Virus record (IMG/VR): IMGVR_UViG_3300044675_005263
Location: 32,001 to 96,000 of that record
Source: a virus
DNA: 64,000 nucleotides
Direction: 5' to 3' (one strand)
Position 1 is the first letter of the stretch. Every line of letters begins with the position of its first letter. The position numbers and the translations under genes were made by a program. Positions 1-8,850 of this stretch are shown here, in pieces. A model generated the notes under the pieces. That model ran no database searches, had not been told where the DNA came from, and worked only from the letters and a program-made list of their open reading frames with translations.

Positions 1-64
1 CCTGACTTCCCTCGGGGGGGTTTTTCTTTTCCCGACACGCCGTAAAAGCTTTTTTCTTTCAATT

Positions 65-93
65 TTACAAAAGTCAGGAAGATAGGCTACACT
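65..93 (+). promoter_or_regulatory. sigma70-type early promoter with conserved spacer box
   Basis: TTACAA-17bp(AAGTCAGGAAGATAGGC)-TACACT upstream of ORF 146; same box in ~20 other promoters. Confidence 0.75.
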
Positions 94-145
94 TTATCTA
101 AGCGGTTAATCACAGGGAGAACACCGCACAACAAGGGAGAACAAA

Positions 146-523
146 ATGAACAACAACGACACAATGACAATCACAAAGACTTTCACAGTCGGTCAACTAT
201 GGGAGGCAGTTTTCGGTTCTGACGGTTCAGGAATTGTCTACTGGTCTCCAAAGATCCGCAAGCAAAATGGACACGGCATTGACCTATGGAAGACAGTTGA
301 CGGAGAACTTCAACCAAACCCACAAGATTTCAAGATCTGGGATATCGAAGAAAACAAGTGGCACTTTATAACCGTAGAAGACCTCCGCACAGGTTTTGAG
401 AAGGCTTTAATCGCAAACCAAACCCACTGCGGTGGATACCCTCTAGACCTTGAAGATTATGACGCTTGCTTCTGCGATATGGTTATCCAATACGCAGTCT
501 TCGGAAAACTGGTTTATGGCTAA
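146..523 (+). CDS. hypothetical early phage protein
   Basis: 125-aa ORF, GGGAG RBS, own promoter and terminator. Confidence 0.8.
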   Translation: MNNNDTMTITKTFTVGQLWEAVFGSDGSGIVYWSPKIRKQNGHGIDLWKTVDGELQPNPQDFKIWDIEENKWHFITVEDLRTGFEKALIANQTHCGGYPLDLEDYDACFCDMVIQYAVFGKLVYG

Positions 524-537
524 GAAACTCCCGCAAG

Positions 538-567
538 AAACCCCCTGAGAAATCGGGGGGTTTTTTG
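538..567 (+). terminator. intrinsic terminator
   Basis: AAACCCCC-TGAGAAATC-GGGGGGTTTTTT. Confidence 0.8.
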
Positions 568-579
568 TTGGGCGTGTCG

Positions 580-608
580 TTGATTAAGTCAGGAAGAAGG
601 TTTATAGT
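580..608 (+). promoter_or_regulatory. early promoter with spacer box
   Basis: TTGATT-AAGTCAGGAAGAAGGTT-TATAGT, preceded by GGCGTGTCG. Confidence 0.8.
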
Positions 609-747
609 TTTCCTAGTGGTTCAGGGAGAACCGCAGGAAGAAAGGGAAAGCAAATGTTAATAGCCTCAATAGCAATAGTTGCAGGGATTATAGGAACTGC
701 AATCGCTTTAATTCAAGACCCAATCGAACAAGAAAGGAAATAGGGAA

Positions 748-888
748 ATGGCAAAAACTGTAGAACTAGTCAACAGCAAGACAGTCGAACAAATAACAAA
801 ACAACTTCTAGAGGCACTGTCAGAAGGCAACACCGCAAGGGCTGAACTTCTAGAAATGTGGCTAACAGAATTAAAGAACTCTAAGTAA
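748..888 (+). CDS. small hypothetical protein (46 aa)
   Basis: MAKTVELVNSK...LKNSK after AGGGA RBS; below ORF-track cut-off. Confidence 0.6.
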   Translation: MAKTVELVNSKTVEQITKQLLEALSEGNTARAELLEMWLTELKNSK

Positions 889-900
889 ATCCGTCAAACA

Positions 901-936
901 AAAAACCCCTCAACCGTAAAGGTTGGGGGGTTCTTT
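901..936. terminator. bidirectional intrinsic terminator
   Basis: A-tract, CCCC..GGGG stem, T-tract between convergent genes. Confidence 0.8.
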
Positions 937-946
937 GCTTTCAGAA

Positions 947-1222
947 TTAAGAAGATTTTCTTCCTTTATCAACCAAAGCAAATGCTTCGTCAATTTCTGC
1001 CGTAGTTAGTTTTCCGTCTGCAAGGTAGGCACGAGCCAAAGCCTCTAAGACAGTAGCAACACCAAGAGCACCCGCAAGGGTTACTGCTTGAGTTAATTCA
1101 ATACCAACAATAGAACCAGCGCCGATCACTGATAATCCTGATGCAGCGAAAACCGCAATGACTCTAGAGACAATCATTTTAGTTTTCTCGAACTGCTTAT
1201 TCTTTATTTCCTTTACTGCCAT
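947..1222 (-). CDS. small membrane protein with DGKLT-E (EF-hand-like) tail
   Basis: two hydrophobic helices then ADGKLTTAEIDEAF; start at 1222 chosen from AGAAAGGA RBS. Confidence 0.7.
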   Translation of the reverse strand: MAVKEIKNKQFEKTKMIVSRVIAVFAASGLSVIGAGSIVGIELTQAVTLAGALGVATVLEALARAYLADGKLTTAEIDEAFALVDKGRKSS

Positions 1223-1331
1223 AAGTGCTGTGTCCTTTCTATGTTCACACTTAGGCGCTAGAAATACCAACGCCCAGCCTCTCAATTTTACTTGAGCGAC
1301 TGGGCGCTGATCAGAATTGGAGAGGTAGCTA

Positions 1332-1754
1332 CTACGCTCCAACTCCTACATCTAAACCATCAAAAAGATATGCAAGGACTGCTTCATCAAAGCAACCGCA
1401 CTCCTCTAAGCCTACTGACTTGCGATAAGCGTTGATAGCCTCAACACTTCCTGCTCCTAGTCTGCCAAACTTATCTCTAACAACTGCGTCAAAACCTAGA
1501 TCTTTTAGACGCAACTGAACAGTCTGAACAGAAGAAGAGTTGCCAGCCATAGCGTTAACCTTAAGAGCAGAAAGAGAAATAATTGTGTTTGCTTCTCTCT
1601 TTACCTTTGGTGCTGACTTGCTTTCCTTCTTTACTTCTTTGACCTCTACAACTTTAGGCTCTTCTGCGAGCGCAGGTGTTGCCTTAGGCTCTTCCGTAGG
1701 TGGTTCCATAGGCTGAAACATTGAACCTACTAGGGGTCTGAGTTCTTGGCTCAT
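1332..1754 (-). CDS. protein with C-terminal peptidoglycan-binding-like domain
   Basis: VQTVQLRLKDLGF...G.LG..S..AI..Y....GL pattern; follows the SLT gene. Confidence 0.55.
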   Translation of the reverse strand: MSQELRPLVGSMFQPMEPPTEEPKATPALAEEPKVVEVKEVKKESKSAPKVKREANTIISLSALKVNAMAGNSSSVQTVQLRLKDLGFDAVVRDKFGRLGAGSVEAINAYRKSVGLEECGCFDEAVLAYLFDGLDVGVGA

Positions 1755-1759
1755 TTTTC

Positions 1760-2335
1760 CTACTTTCCTTCGGGGAACTTCTTAAGCCACATTTGAAACC
1801 TAGGTTCCGCCGTAGCACTATTATAGTCGCTCTTTGATATCTTCCAAGCGGAGAAATCTTCTCCACCCTTGCTCATATGGTGAGCAATCTGAGCATTAAC
1901 TACTGGATTGAAAAGGTCTGAGTTTGAGTCAAGCGAGAATTTAATTCTGCGCTCCGGGCCTAGGTCGCCAATCATATTGATCTGATAGACACCATAGGAA
2001 CTATCGCCTGTCTTTGCGTTGCCATTGAAGGCAAGCGGGCGACCATTAGACTCCTTCTTTGCAATAGCCCACGCAATGCGAAGAGCCTTGCCTTCAAAGC
2101 CTACGGCAATGAGAAGGTCTCTCAACTCTGTATCTGTAAGAGAGGTCTTGTTCTCAAAATCTGAAAGCTTCGGTTTTACTTCTACTACTATTGGTTCTTG
2201 AATTACAACTGGTTTAACAGGTTCCATTTGCTCTGGACTCTGCGCTACTGCTATTGCGGTAGATGCTAGAACTACTGTCAAAGACATTAGCGCTATCAAC
2301 TCTTGCAAATGGCGTTGCTTAAGAGATTGCCTCAT
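1760..2335 (-). CDS. membrane-anchored/secreted lytic transglycosylase (SLT/lysozyme-like)
   Basis: N-terminal hydrophobic segment; AIAKKESNG catalytic Glu motif, SYGVYQIN, NP..NA..A, final W. Confidence 0.85.
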   Translation of the reverse strand: MRQSLKQRHLQELIALMSLTVVLASTAIAVAQSPEQMEPVKPVVIQEPIVVEVKPKLSDFENKTSLTDTELRDLLIAVGFEGKALRIAWAIAKKESNGRPLAFNGNAKTGDSSYGVYQINMIGDLGPERRIKFSLDSNSDLFNPVVNAQIAHHMSKGGEDFSAWKISKSDYNSATAEPRFQMWLKKFPEGK

Positions 2336-2789
2336 TTGGGTTCCTTCGTTTGGGGACAGGGACAGGTTGCTCGACTTGCCAACCTTGCTAACCCACTTGG
2401 GGGTGAGCCTTACTTCAAGTGTCTAATCCGTAGATCTCCTTACGTCACTTGTCTTGCTTGAATAAACTATACCGCAATGTCAGGTTAATCCGACACTGAT
2501 TTAGCCTACCAAACTAGGATTTATTTCACACCGTGAGCGTAAAAGCCCTGCTGATAGCCTTAAATCTATAATAAAACCTAAATGCTCCATAAAAAATGCA
2601 GGGAGGTGAGTTTTTCCCCTCCCCGCACCTTAAAGCTTTAGCGTTTCTCTCTAGCGGATAGAGTTGCTGATGCTACTGAGGTTAGACCAAAGGCGAGCGC
2701 CATTGAGTCATTACCTTGATAACCTGCCACGAGGCAAGCCACTCCAAGGGCTAGGGAGATTACTGCTGTCCAAACTATGTTCTTTGTAT

Positions 2790-2984
2790 TCATATGCTCA
2801 CTCTCTTATCAGGTCTAGTTCTGCCTACCAAACGAGCAGAGGGGTCTCTAGCGACCACTCCAGCCCCGTAGACAGCCTTTCTAGCGGTTCGGTAGGCAAC
2901 GCCTAGTTCTTTGGCTACTGCCTCTAGAGATAGCCCACTTTCGTAAAGGCGGACTGCCTCTTCTGTAATCTTTTCGATCTTCAT
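2790..2984 (-). CDS. small helix-turn-helix DNA-binding protein
   Basis: LYESGLSLEAVAKELGVAYRTARK HTH pattern. Confidence 0.75.
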   Translation of the reverse strand: MKIEKITEEAVRLYESGLSLEAVAKELGVAYRTARKAVYGAGVVARDPSARLVGRTRPDKRVSI

Positions 2985-3759
2985 TACTTAGTTACTCTCT
3001 TTTCTTTTAGTAGTTCGGCTTGGAGAAATCTAATCTTGTCGTTCTTTTGGTTGATGACTCGGTGCAACTGACCCTGCGCTCTAATACCAACAACCATAAC
3101 AAAGCAAGAGCCAGCGAGCGCAATTACTATTCCAATCAAGGTTCCCGTATCTAAATACATTTTTACCCCCTCTCTTTTATAGTGTAAGCAAAAGTAAAGA
3201 CAGAGAAACAACCAACCCAATCGCCCCACCTTTTGCCAAAGTGAAAGGTTCTCCAGTTAGTAGCCACAATGTTAAGCCAAAGGGTATAGCGACCAACCCC
3301 AATAGTTAGATGAGCTAAGTAAGTCGGTAGCCCAAAGCCAAGATCAAACATCATTTTTTACCCCTCGTATTCGGCTCTTATTAGTTGTAGTTCCTCGTCA
3401 ATGCGCTGTTGTTCTTCGGCACGAGCGTAATACTCGATAGCAATTTTGTCGTAAGCGTTTTTTATTAGTTCTAGTTCATAACCTGTCGGCTTCCACTTAC
3501 GAACTTTAGGGTGTCGAAATGTTGCTAGCATAACCGCATAGAGTTCGTCATCACTTAGCAGAATTGGTTGAGGTTTTCTAAGTCTAGGCATTTGCTCTCC
3601 CCCTTATGGATACAACAGGTCTAGGCAGAATTGGTTCATCTGCTCTGTTGGAACTTTGCACATTTCAGGTGTTGTAGCGTCCATAGCCCAAGCGAACAGA
3701 GCCAACAAGATAACTGCAACTGCGATACGGCGTCTAATAAACTTTGCTTCTGTTTTCAT
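2984..3759 (-). CDS. four short coupled hypothetical genes (2984-3160, 3163-3354, 3358-3591, 3604-3759), two with TM helices
   Basis: tightly packed ORFs with GGGG(TAAAA)/GGGAG RBS, downstream of promoter at 3800-3828. Confidence 0.7.
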
Positions 3760-3799
3760 CTTCTCCCTGCTTCCTTTGGCTCCCTTAGCCAATAAGTAA

Positions 3800-3828
3800 A
3801 TACTAACAGACCTTCCTGCACTTTGCAA
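3800..3828 (-). promoter_or_regulatory. early promoter with spacer box
   Basis: TTGCAA-AGTGCAGGAAGGTCTGT-TAGTAT. Confidence 0.8.
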
Positions 3829-3837
3829 CTTCTCTAA

Positions 3838-4053
3838 CTATTCGGCGTGTTGCTTCTGCTTCTCGATAGTTAGACGAGCCATAGCCAAGAGTTCCTCGAA
3901 ACTTCTAGGGTCTTGATTGAAACACTCCCACGATTGAGCAAGAGTTATTGAGTGAGGCTTTGGCTTTGCTACGGCACTACTTCTATTTCCACCCTTGCGA
4001 CCCTTTAGACTTTTTACAGTTCCCAAGATTGCGCTATCAGGTAATCCCCACAT
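3838..4053 (-). CDS. hypothetical protein, paralog of 42584..42775
   Basis: shared TLAQSW..F.QD.RSFEELLA.ARL..EK. Confidence 0.7.
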   Translation of the reverse strand: MWGLPDSAILGTVKSLKGRKGGNRSSAVAKPKPHSITLAQSWECFNQDPRSFEELLAMARLTIEKQKQHAE

Positions 4054-4085
4054 TTTGTTTTCCTTTCCCTATTCCCTATAAATAA

Positions 4086-4114
4086 ATAATAACAGACCTT
4101 CCTGCATTTTGCAA
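4086..4114 (-). promoter_or_regulatory. early promoter with spacer box
   Basis: TTGCAA-AATGCAGGAAGGTCTGT-TATTAT. Confidence 0.8.
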
Positions 4115-4172
4115 GTATCGGCATAAAATAAAAGTGGAGAGGAGCGCCCTTGCGAGCGCCCCTCTCAGAGCG

Positions 4173-4412
4173 TTATGCGAGTATGTCGCACTCGGCTGAC
4201 TGTCGGTCTTTCAAGTATTCAGAGCGTTCCTGCTCTGTCTTGAATTCCCAACCAATCATTGCGACATCTGTGTGTCGCTTCTTTTTTGAGTCTTTAGTGT
4301 GTTTTTGAAATTCATCGTTAGCGTAGAGCTGTTGCTCGTGCCACTCGGTGAAATACCAACTACCGACCCAACCACAAACACAAATGTGTTTGACGATCTT
4401 TCCGTATGAAAT
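4173..4412 (-). CDS. 79-aa hypothetical protein with apparent ATT start
   Basis: open frame ISYGKIVKHICVCGW...DILA; GGAGGTAAAAAA precedes ATT; in-frame TAG just upstream. Confidence 0.5.
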   Translation of the reverse strand: MSYGKIVKHICVCGWVGSWYFTEWHEQQLYANDEFQKHTKDSKKKRHTDVAMIGWEFKTEQERSEYLKDRQSAECDILA

Positions 4413-4458
4413 TTTTTTACCTCCCTACTGTCGGCTCCCTTTCCGACCTAGTAAAACA

Positions 4459-4540
4459 ATCTTACCACACCTTCCTGCATTTTCCTAATCACGGCGTGTC
4501 GTAGGCTCAATTAGGTTTTGTCAGGAAGGTGTGCTATAAT
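4459..4540. promoter_or_regulatory. divergent pair of boxed promoters around GGCGTGTCG
   Basis: minus: AATGCAGGAAGGTGTGG-TAAGAT; plus: TTGTCAGGAAGGTGTGC-TATAAT. Confidence 0.8.
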
Positions 4541-4581
4541 AGGATTACCGAACAAGGGAAACGGTAGAAGGGAGAAAACAA

Positions 4582-4773
4582 ATGCCAAAGTTTGATGTTG
4601 AAGTTTCAAGCAAAGGTTGGGGCGACCCTAGATTTATTCTTATAGATGTCGCAAACGCTATCCGCAAGGCTGGCGCAACAACTGAAGAACAAGACCAGTG
4701 GTTTAACGAGGCTACCTCGGGCGACTCTGAAAATGTTCTTCGCACCGCAATGAAGTGGGTGAAAGTCGCCTAA
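4582..4773 (+). CDS. small conserved phage protein
   Basis: GD..FI...V..A.RKAG....F.EATSGD...L.T.MKWV pattern; strong RBS. Confidence 0.75.
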   Translation: MPKFDVEVSSKGWGDPRFILIDVANAIRKAGATTEEQDQWFNEATSGDSENVLRTAMKWVKVA

Positions 4774-4836
4774 CTGATTGAGGGCAAGGACTTCCCCCCT
4801 TGTCCTCTCTCGGCGACACGCCAAGAAAAGTAAATG

Positions 4837-4865
4837 CAAGAAATGTCAGGAAGGTATGTTAGACT
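4837..4865 (+). promoter_or_regulatory. early promoter with spacer box
   Basis: ATGTCAGGAAGGTATGT-TAGACT; CGACACGCC upstream. Confidence 0.75.
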
Positions 4866-4897
4866 TACTACAACAAGCCAAACAAGGGAGAAAGAAA

Positions 4898-5202
4898 ATG
4901 GCTAAGAAAGTTCAGATGATTTTTATTCATTGTTGGAAGTGTGGTCGTAGGTTTCAGATTGCAGAGCGTGATTACAACCACGGCGCAGTTTGTGAGGATT
5001 GCTAATGATTAGGTGGAGCAAAGCCGAAGTGGATAATCGTTTGGGGATTATGTCCTCGAACGGAAAATACTTTATAAGCGCAAGAGGCTGGCTTGCTGGT
5101 GGTGTCCTAAATTGGTTCCTCTATGATTTTAGTGATAACACTTACCAAGACGGATTTCGCTATCAAAGAGATGCGAAAGCATTTGCAGAGGAATTAGGTT
5201 AG
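4898..5202 (+). CDS. two small proteins (Zn-ribbon 4898-5005; hypothetical ~5005-5202)
   Basis: CWKC...CEDC; TAATG coupling. Confidence 0.6.
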
Positions 5203-5768
5203 TCTCGGTATTGAGTCAAGAGGTAAAAAGGTTCCGCAGTCTTGTTATCAAACTTAGAAGAAACGGCGAGCGCAGTTTTGATCGTAGCTCTTGCAGTTGT
5301 GAGAGTTCTATTCTTGCCCTCTGATAAAGCATTGAGCGCACCCAAAGCAAAGTCCGCACCTGAACCTATCGCATAGAGACCAGTCGTATCGTGGCACCAA
5401 GAATAATCTTCGCCTATCTCATAGATAGTTCCATTTATTAAAACCATAATCTGACTTTCTTGGTCGCCATCTTTTGAGTAAGAGGCTTCTTCAAAACATT
5501 TTTTTAGTTCGGGGATAAACACCGCAGTCATAAACTTATCTAGTTTTACTCCTAGAGTTGATCCTGTGCAAGGCGGTGCCTTAAAAACGTGAGTCATTAA
5601 GTTGATAGCTCGAACATCTCCCGCAACACCTAAAACATAATTACCACTCTTAAAAACTTTACCTGAGTCCTTCGGCAAGACATAAGTTCTGCCATCTTCT
5701 TCGGTAACTCTTGAGTCATAACCAACAACAGCCCAGCCATCACCTTGAACGCTCGCTATTGTTGTCAT
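5199..5768 (-). CDS. Ntn-hydrolase, proteasome beta-subunit/HslV-like protease
   Basis: N-terminal MTTI (Thr nucleophile), DSR, K, AIGSG motifs. Confidence 0.85.
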   Translation of the reverse strand: MTTIASVQGDGWAVVGYDSRVTEEDGRTYVLPKDSGKVFKSGNYVLGVAGDVRAINLMTHVFKAPPCTGSTLGVKLDKFMTAVFIPELKKCFEEASYSKDGDQESQIMVLINGTIYEIGEDYSWCHDTTGLYAIGSGADFALGALNALSEGKNRTLTTARATIKTALAVSSKFDNKTAEPFYLLTQYRD

Positions 5769-5780
5769 AGTTTTTACCCC

Positions 5781-6023
5781 TTAGTAACGATTATCCCACA
5801 GCTCATCACGCAAAGCGTATTCATAACGCTCGGCGTAACTAGAGTTCTTCTCTGAAATGTCTTCATCTTGGATAAGACCATCAAGAGAGAACACCGCAGT
5901 GCACTCGGGTTCTTCAAACATAATAACTAATTTAGTATCTGACTCGGCAGGGTCATCAACGATAGCCACAACAAACGGAGCTGAACTCCCATTTGAGTGA
6001 TAAACCTTCTGAACTATTTGCAT
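5781..6023 (-). CDS. hypothetical protein
   Basis: 80-aa ORF, YHSNG.S.APF.V motif. Confidence 0.7.
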   Translation of the reverse strand: MQIVQKVYHSNGSSAPFVVAIVDDPAESDTKLVIMFEEPECTAVFSLDGLIQDEDISEKNSSYAERYEYALRDELWDNRY

Positions 6024-6115
6024 ACCTCTAAAGATACCTTGATCGGTGAACCCTGATTTTTACCCCCATACAATAGAAAAACCCCCACCTCTCGGCAGGG
6101 GCTTCTCTCTACAAG

Positions 6116-6451
6116 TTAGGCAAGGTTTTCGAAGTAATGCCCTTCGTGCTTCCAAACTGTCTTATTCGCTAGAAGGCTACTCGCCCAGTAATCGAAATTA
6201 AAGTAGCGAGCTAGAGTTTCTATCTGACCATTTCCGCCTGAATTGAGTAGCCCAATTCTGTCGGCATAGTTCTCGGCGAAAGTTCTATCGCTTCCGTAAT
6301 AACCTAGATAGGTATTCTCTGCGTCTTGTGCAAAGCTTTCCCAGTTCGCTAGAGATAATCCGTATCCCATAGCGTAAGTGCTTAGAACCGCAAGACTCTT
6401 GTCTGCTTGTTCGATTGCTTCTTCAATCGCTTCAAGATTTGCAACTGTCAT
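6116..6451 (-). CDS. ardA: ArdA-like antirestriction (DNA-mimic) protein
   Basis: Y.G.Y.S...FAE.Y....G......L..YF.FD.W...L......EGHYF matches ArdA C-terminal region. Confidence 0.65.
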   Translation of the reverse strand: MTVANLEAIEEAIEQADKSLAVLSTYAMGYGLSLANWESFAQDAENTYLGYYGSDRTFAENYADRIGLLNSGGNGQIETLARYFNFDYWASSLLANKTVWKHEGHYFENLA

Positions 6452-6583
6452 TTGTTTCCCTTGTTAAGTGGTTACTAGAACCAAGTAGATTTATTGTAGT
6501 CGATTATCCTGACATTTGCAAAACGACACGGCAAAAGAAAAACCCCGCATTCCTGCGGGGCTTCTCCTTGATCCTTTTTACCT

Positions 6584-6892
6584 CTAGGCGTATTCCTTAA
6601 GTTCGGATAGTCGGCGAGGTGTCCAGTTAATATCACGCTCGACCGCAGGAATTTCAATTCCACCCATTGAAAGTTTTAGACTCTGCAACTCGCTAAGGCT
6701 GAAATACCCCAGCTCTTTCTCAAAGCCGTGAACCATTCCGAAGAATAAATCTTCTCCATCAAACTCCATAGCAAACCAAGTCCAGCCACTTCCCAAAGCA
6801 AAAAACTTAGCGATAATCATTGGGTCTTTTACTTCTTCATTTGAGTAAAGTGCTGGCAACTTCTTGCGTAGTTCTTTAGTTAGTAGTTCCAT
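6584..6892 (-). CDS. DUF2958 family protein
   Basis: LP.LY, KFF...GWTW...E.D...FFG.V.G.E.ELGYFSL.EL, ERD. Confidence 0.85.
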   Translation of the reverse strand: MELLTKELRKKLPALYSNEEVKDPMIIAKFFALGSGWTWFAMEFDGEDLFFGMVHGFEKELGYFSLSELQSLKLSMGGIEIPAVERDINWTPRRLSELKEYA

Positions 6893-6964
6893 TTTTTAAC
6901 TCCCTAGTTCTCCAGCTCCCTGCTGGTGTCTTAAGTGTAACACATCTTCCTGACTTTTTCTTCC

Positions 6965-7219
6965 TTATCGGGGCTCTTGATTTTCCTCGATTAAAAACGC
7001 AAACCCTGCGCCATTTCCTTCCTCATCTTGAGAGAGGACTAAACCTAGTCCATTATCAAATTCAAGAATAGGAACAGCGTGGTGATTACTAAAATCCCAG
7101 CCCATAAGTTCTTCGGCTTCTTCTTCGGTAGCGCTTCTAATACTTACGAGCTTGGCACCTACCAATTGTCCCCACTCTTTATTTAAATACTCGGTGAGCT
7201 GAATTGTGTTATTCGTCAT
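6965..7219 (-). CDS. hypothetical protein
   Basis: LVG.K...R......E..GW, SQDEEGNGAG motif. Confidence 0.75.
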   Translation of the reverse strand: MTNNTIQLTEYLNKEWGQLVGAKLVSIRSATEEEAEELMGWDFSNHHAVPILEFDNGLGLVLSQDEEGNGAGFAFLIEENQEPR

Positions 7220-7277
7220 TTTTTTACCCCTCTTGTCGGTTTAGGTCTAGCTTATCTGATCTCTATAATAATTCAAA

Positions 7278-7384
7278 ATAGACACACCGCACCCTTGCTA
7301 GGGAGAGCAAGGGACGGTGCGATAAGCACAAGTGCTTATCTCAACGGGGAGCAGAAAGGGAAGTTCGCTCGACCCGGTGATCTA
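7278..7384 (-). ncRNA. candidate ~105-nt three-hairpin small RNA with C/U-rich loops
   Basis: intergenic, follows TGA-TAAGAT -10; three stems; loops CUUCCCUUUCU and CUCCCU. Confidence 0.5.
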
Positions 7385-7419
7385 ATCTTATCATAATCGG
7401 TGTAACTACTTTTTTACCC

Positions 7420-7725
7420 CTAGCCATTAAAACAATCGGGACACTCTACTTCTCTAGTAGTCCCAGCTAGTTCTGCTTTCATTTTTCCAGCACCGTAACA
7501 AGTCTCGCAGTTCGGGTCGCCTTCATCAAGAATTCCTATATGGTTTGAAACAGACTCAACGTCCCAACCGTAGTGCTCCCTCATCAACTGACTAGCTACT
7601 CTAAGACAAGCGTCCTCGTAGACTTCGCCATCTTTTACCCCTTCTTCGGGAACGCCTACCGTAACCATCATTGAGAAATAATCCCCAATAAACATAACGG
7701 TGCGAGTATCCATAACCTTATCCAT
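7420..7725 (-). CDS. hypothetical protein with C-terminal CxxC.G.G...CxxC Zn finger
   Basis: CETCYGAG...CPDC. Confidence 0.75.
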   Translation of the reverse strand: MDKVMDTRTVMFIGDYFSMMVTVGVPEEGVKDGEVYEDACLRVASQLMREHYGWDVESVSNHIGILDEGDPNCETCYGAGKMKAELAGTTREVECPDCFNG

Positions 7726-7749
7726 TTTTTACCCCTACCTAATTAGTGT

Positions 7750-7775
7750 GAGCAGTTTAGCAACTTACTCAGGTT
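7750..7775 (-). ncRNA. H-type pseudoknot element, copy 1
   Basis: CAAC-CU-GAGUA-A-GUUG-CUAAAC-UGCUC; covaries with copy at 33031. Confidence 0.6.
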
Positions 7776-7815
7776 GTTGAGACGGCGACTAGTCTAGTGT
7801 GCAACCGCCTCAAAC

Positions 7816-8136
7816 TTATGCGTAGTCCTCGTCTGTCCCATACCCTGCGCTCGCAAGAGTATCGGCATCTGCTTCTACGTCATTCATTTCGTAAGCCTCT
7901 TCGTCCATTCCGAAAGCAATCTCAGCGCTGTGCCATTCTCCCGTTGCTTCGTCAAGGATATTCTCCTCAATACTCCAATCGGCTTCGTCCCAGCGAACCT
8001 CGTCCTTCATAACCTCGGCGATTTTATCTACGAACCTCTGCATAACCGCTTCGGCTTCTTCGGCACTATTAGCAATAATCTCTACCATTGAGATAGTAAG
8101 GGCTTGCCCTGTGCAGTAATACTTATTTTTGTTCAA
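7816..8136 (-). CDS. acidic hypothetical protein
   Basis: EIIANSAEEA motif; C-terminal DADTLASAGYGTDEDY. Confidence 0.75.
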   Translation of the reverse strand: MNKNKYYCTGQALTISMVEIIANSAEEAEAVMQRFVDKIAEVMKDEVRWDEADWSIEENILDEATGEWHSAEIAFGMDEEAYEMNDVEADADTLASAGYGTDEDYA

Positions 8137-8195
8137 CTTCTTCTCCCTTGTTTGTTGTATCGGTATCCTATCATACCTTCCTGCATTTCGTTAAA

Positions 8196-8780
8196 TTAGA
8201 AACCTCTCGGTGGTCTTTTAAACTCTCGATCTAAAACTTCTAGGCTGAGCAACCCACCTTTAGAATAATCTCGGTCAAGTCTTGTCGTTCCTTTTTTTCT
8301 TTTGAGCCTATTTTTCTCACTGTTGGCTCTATTACAAGTTATGCAGTATCTACCTTTATAGAGTTTTCCAGTAGGTTGAGTGCTCCAAGTAGAAAGAGAA
8401 AACCCTGTATTTCTTGAATTGTATTCGTGTCCTTGAGGGCAGTGAGTGATTTTTGCGTATCTTTCTTTTGAAACTATTGCGGTGCGAATAAAACCTTTTT
8501 TGATCGCTTCTTTTCTAACCAACTTTTCTAAGTGATAAGGATTAACACACTCGGCAATACCGCAGGTCGGCATTAGTATTTCTAACTTAGTGGGGTAATT
8601 TTGGTCTGAATTGTATGCTTGCCAGAAAATAAATCTCGGGTTCATTCTATAATTATGGTCTTGATAGAAAGGAACATTGGTGTTACTAGTCATAGCCCCT
8701 AGCCATAGCCAGCAATTTTCGGTTGTCCATTTATTCGGTATTAAAACTTTTTGTATTAACTCTTTACTTCTAGTAGGCAT
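8196..8780 (-). CDS. HNH-type homing-endonuclease-like protein (possibly degenerate active site)
   Basis: CWLWLG, TCG..ECVNPYHL, THCPQGHEY...NT...RYCITC; catalytic His position reads P. Confidence 0.75.
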   Translation of the reverse strand: MPTRSKELIQKVLIPNKWTTENCWLWLGAMTSNTNVPFYQDHNYRMNPRFIFWQAYNSDQNYPTKLEILMPTCGIAECVNPYHLEKLVRKEAIKKGFIRTAIVSKERYAKITHCPQGHEYNSRNTGFSLSTWSTQPTGKLYKGRYCITCNRANSEKNRLKRKKGTTRLDRDYSKGGLLSLEVLDREFKRPPRGF

Positions 8781-8850
8781 CTTTTCCCTTTTCTCTCACT
8801 CCCTTAGTGAGTCCCTTTGAAAACCAAGTTTATCATACCTTCCTGCATTT

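Noticed and set aside
2335-2460. c-di-AMP (ydaO) riboswitch before the SLT gene
   Set aside because: lacks the GCUGAAUCC / GGGGUGAAU / CCCGUCAGCUAAC conserved blocks
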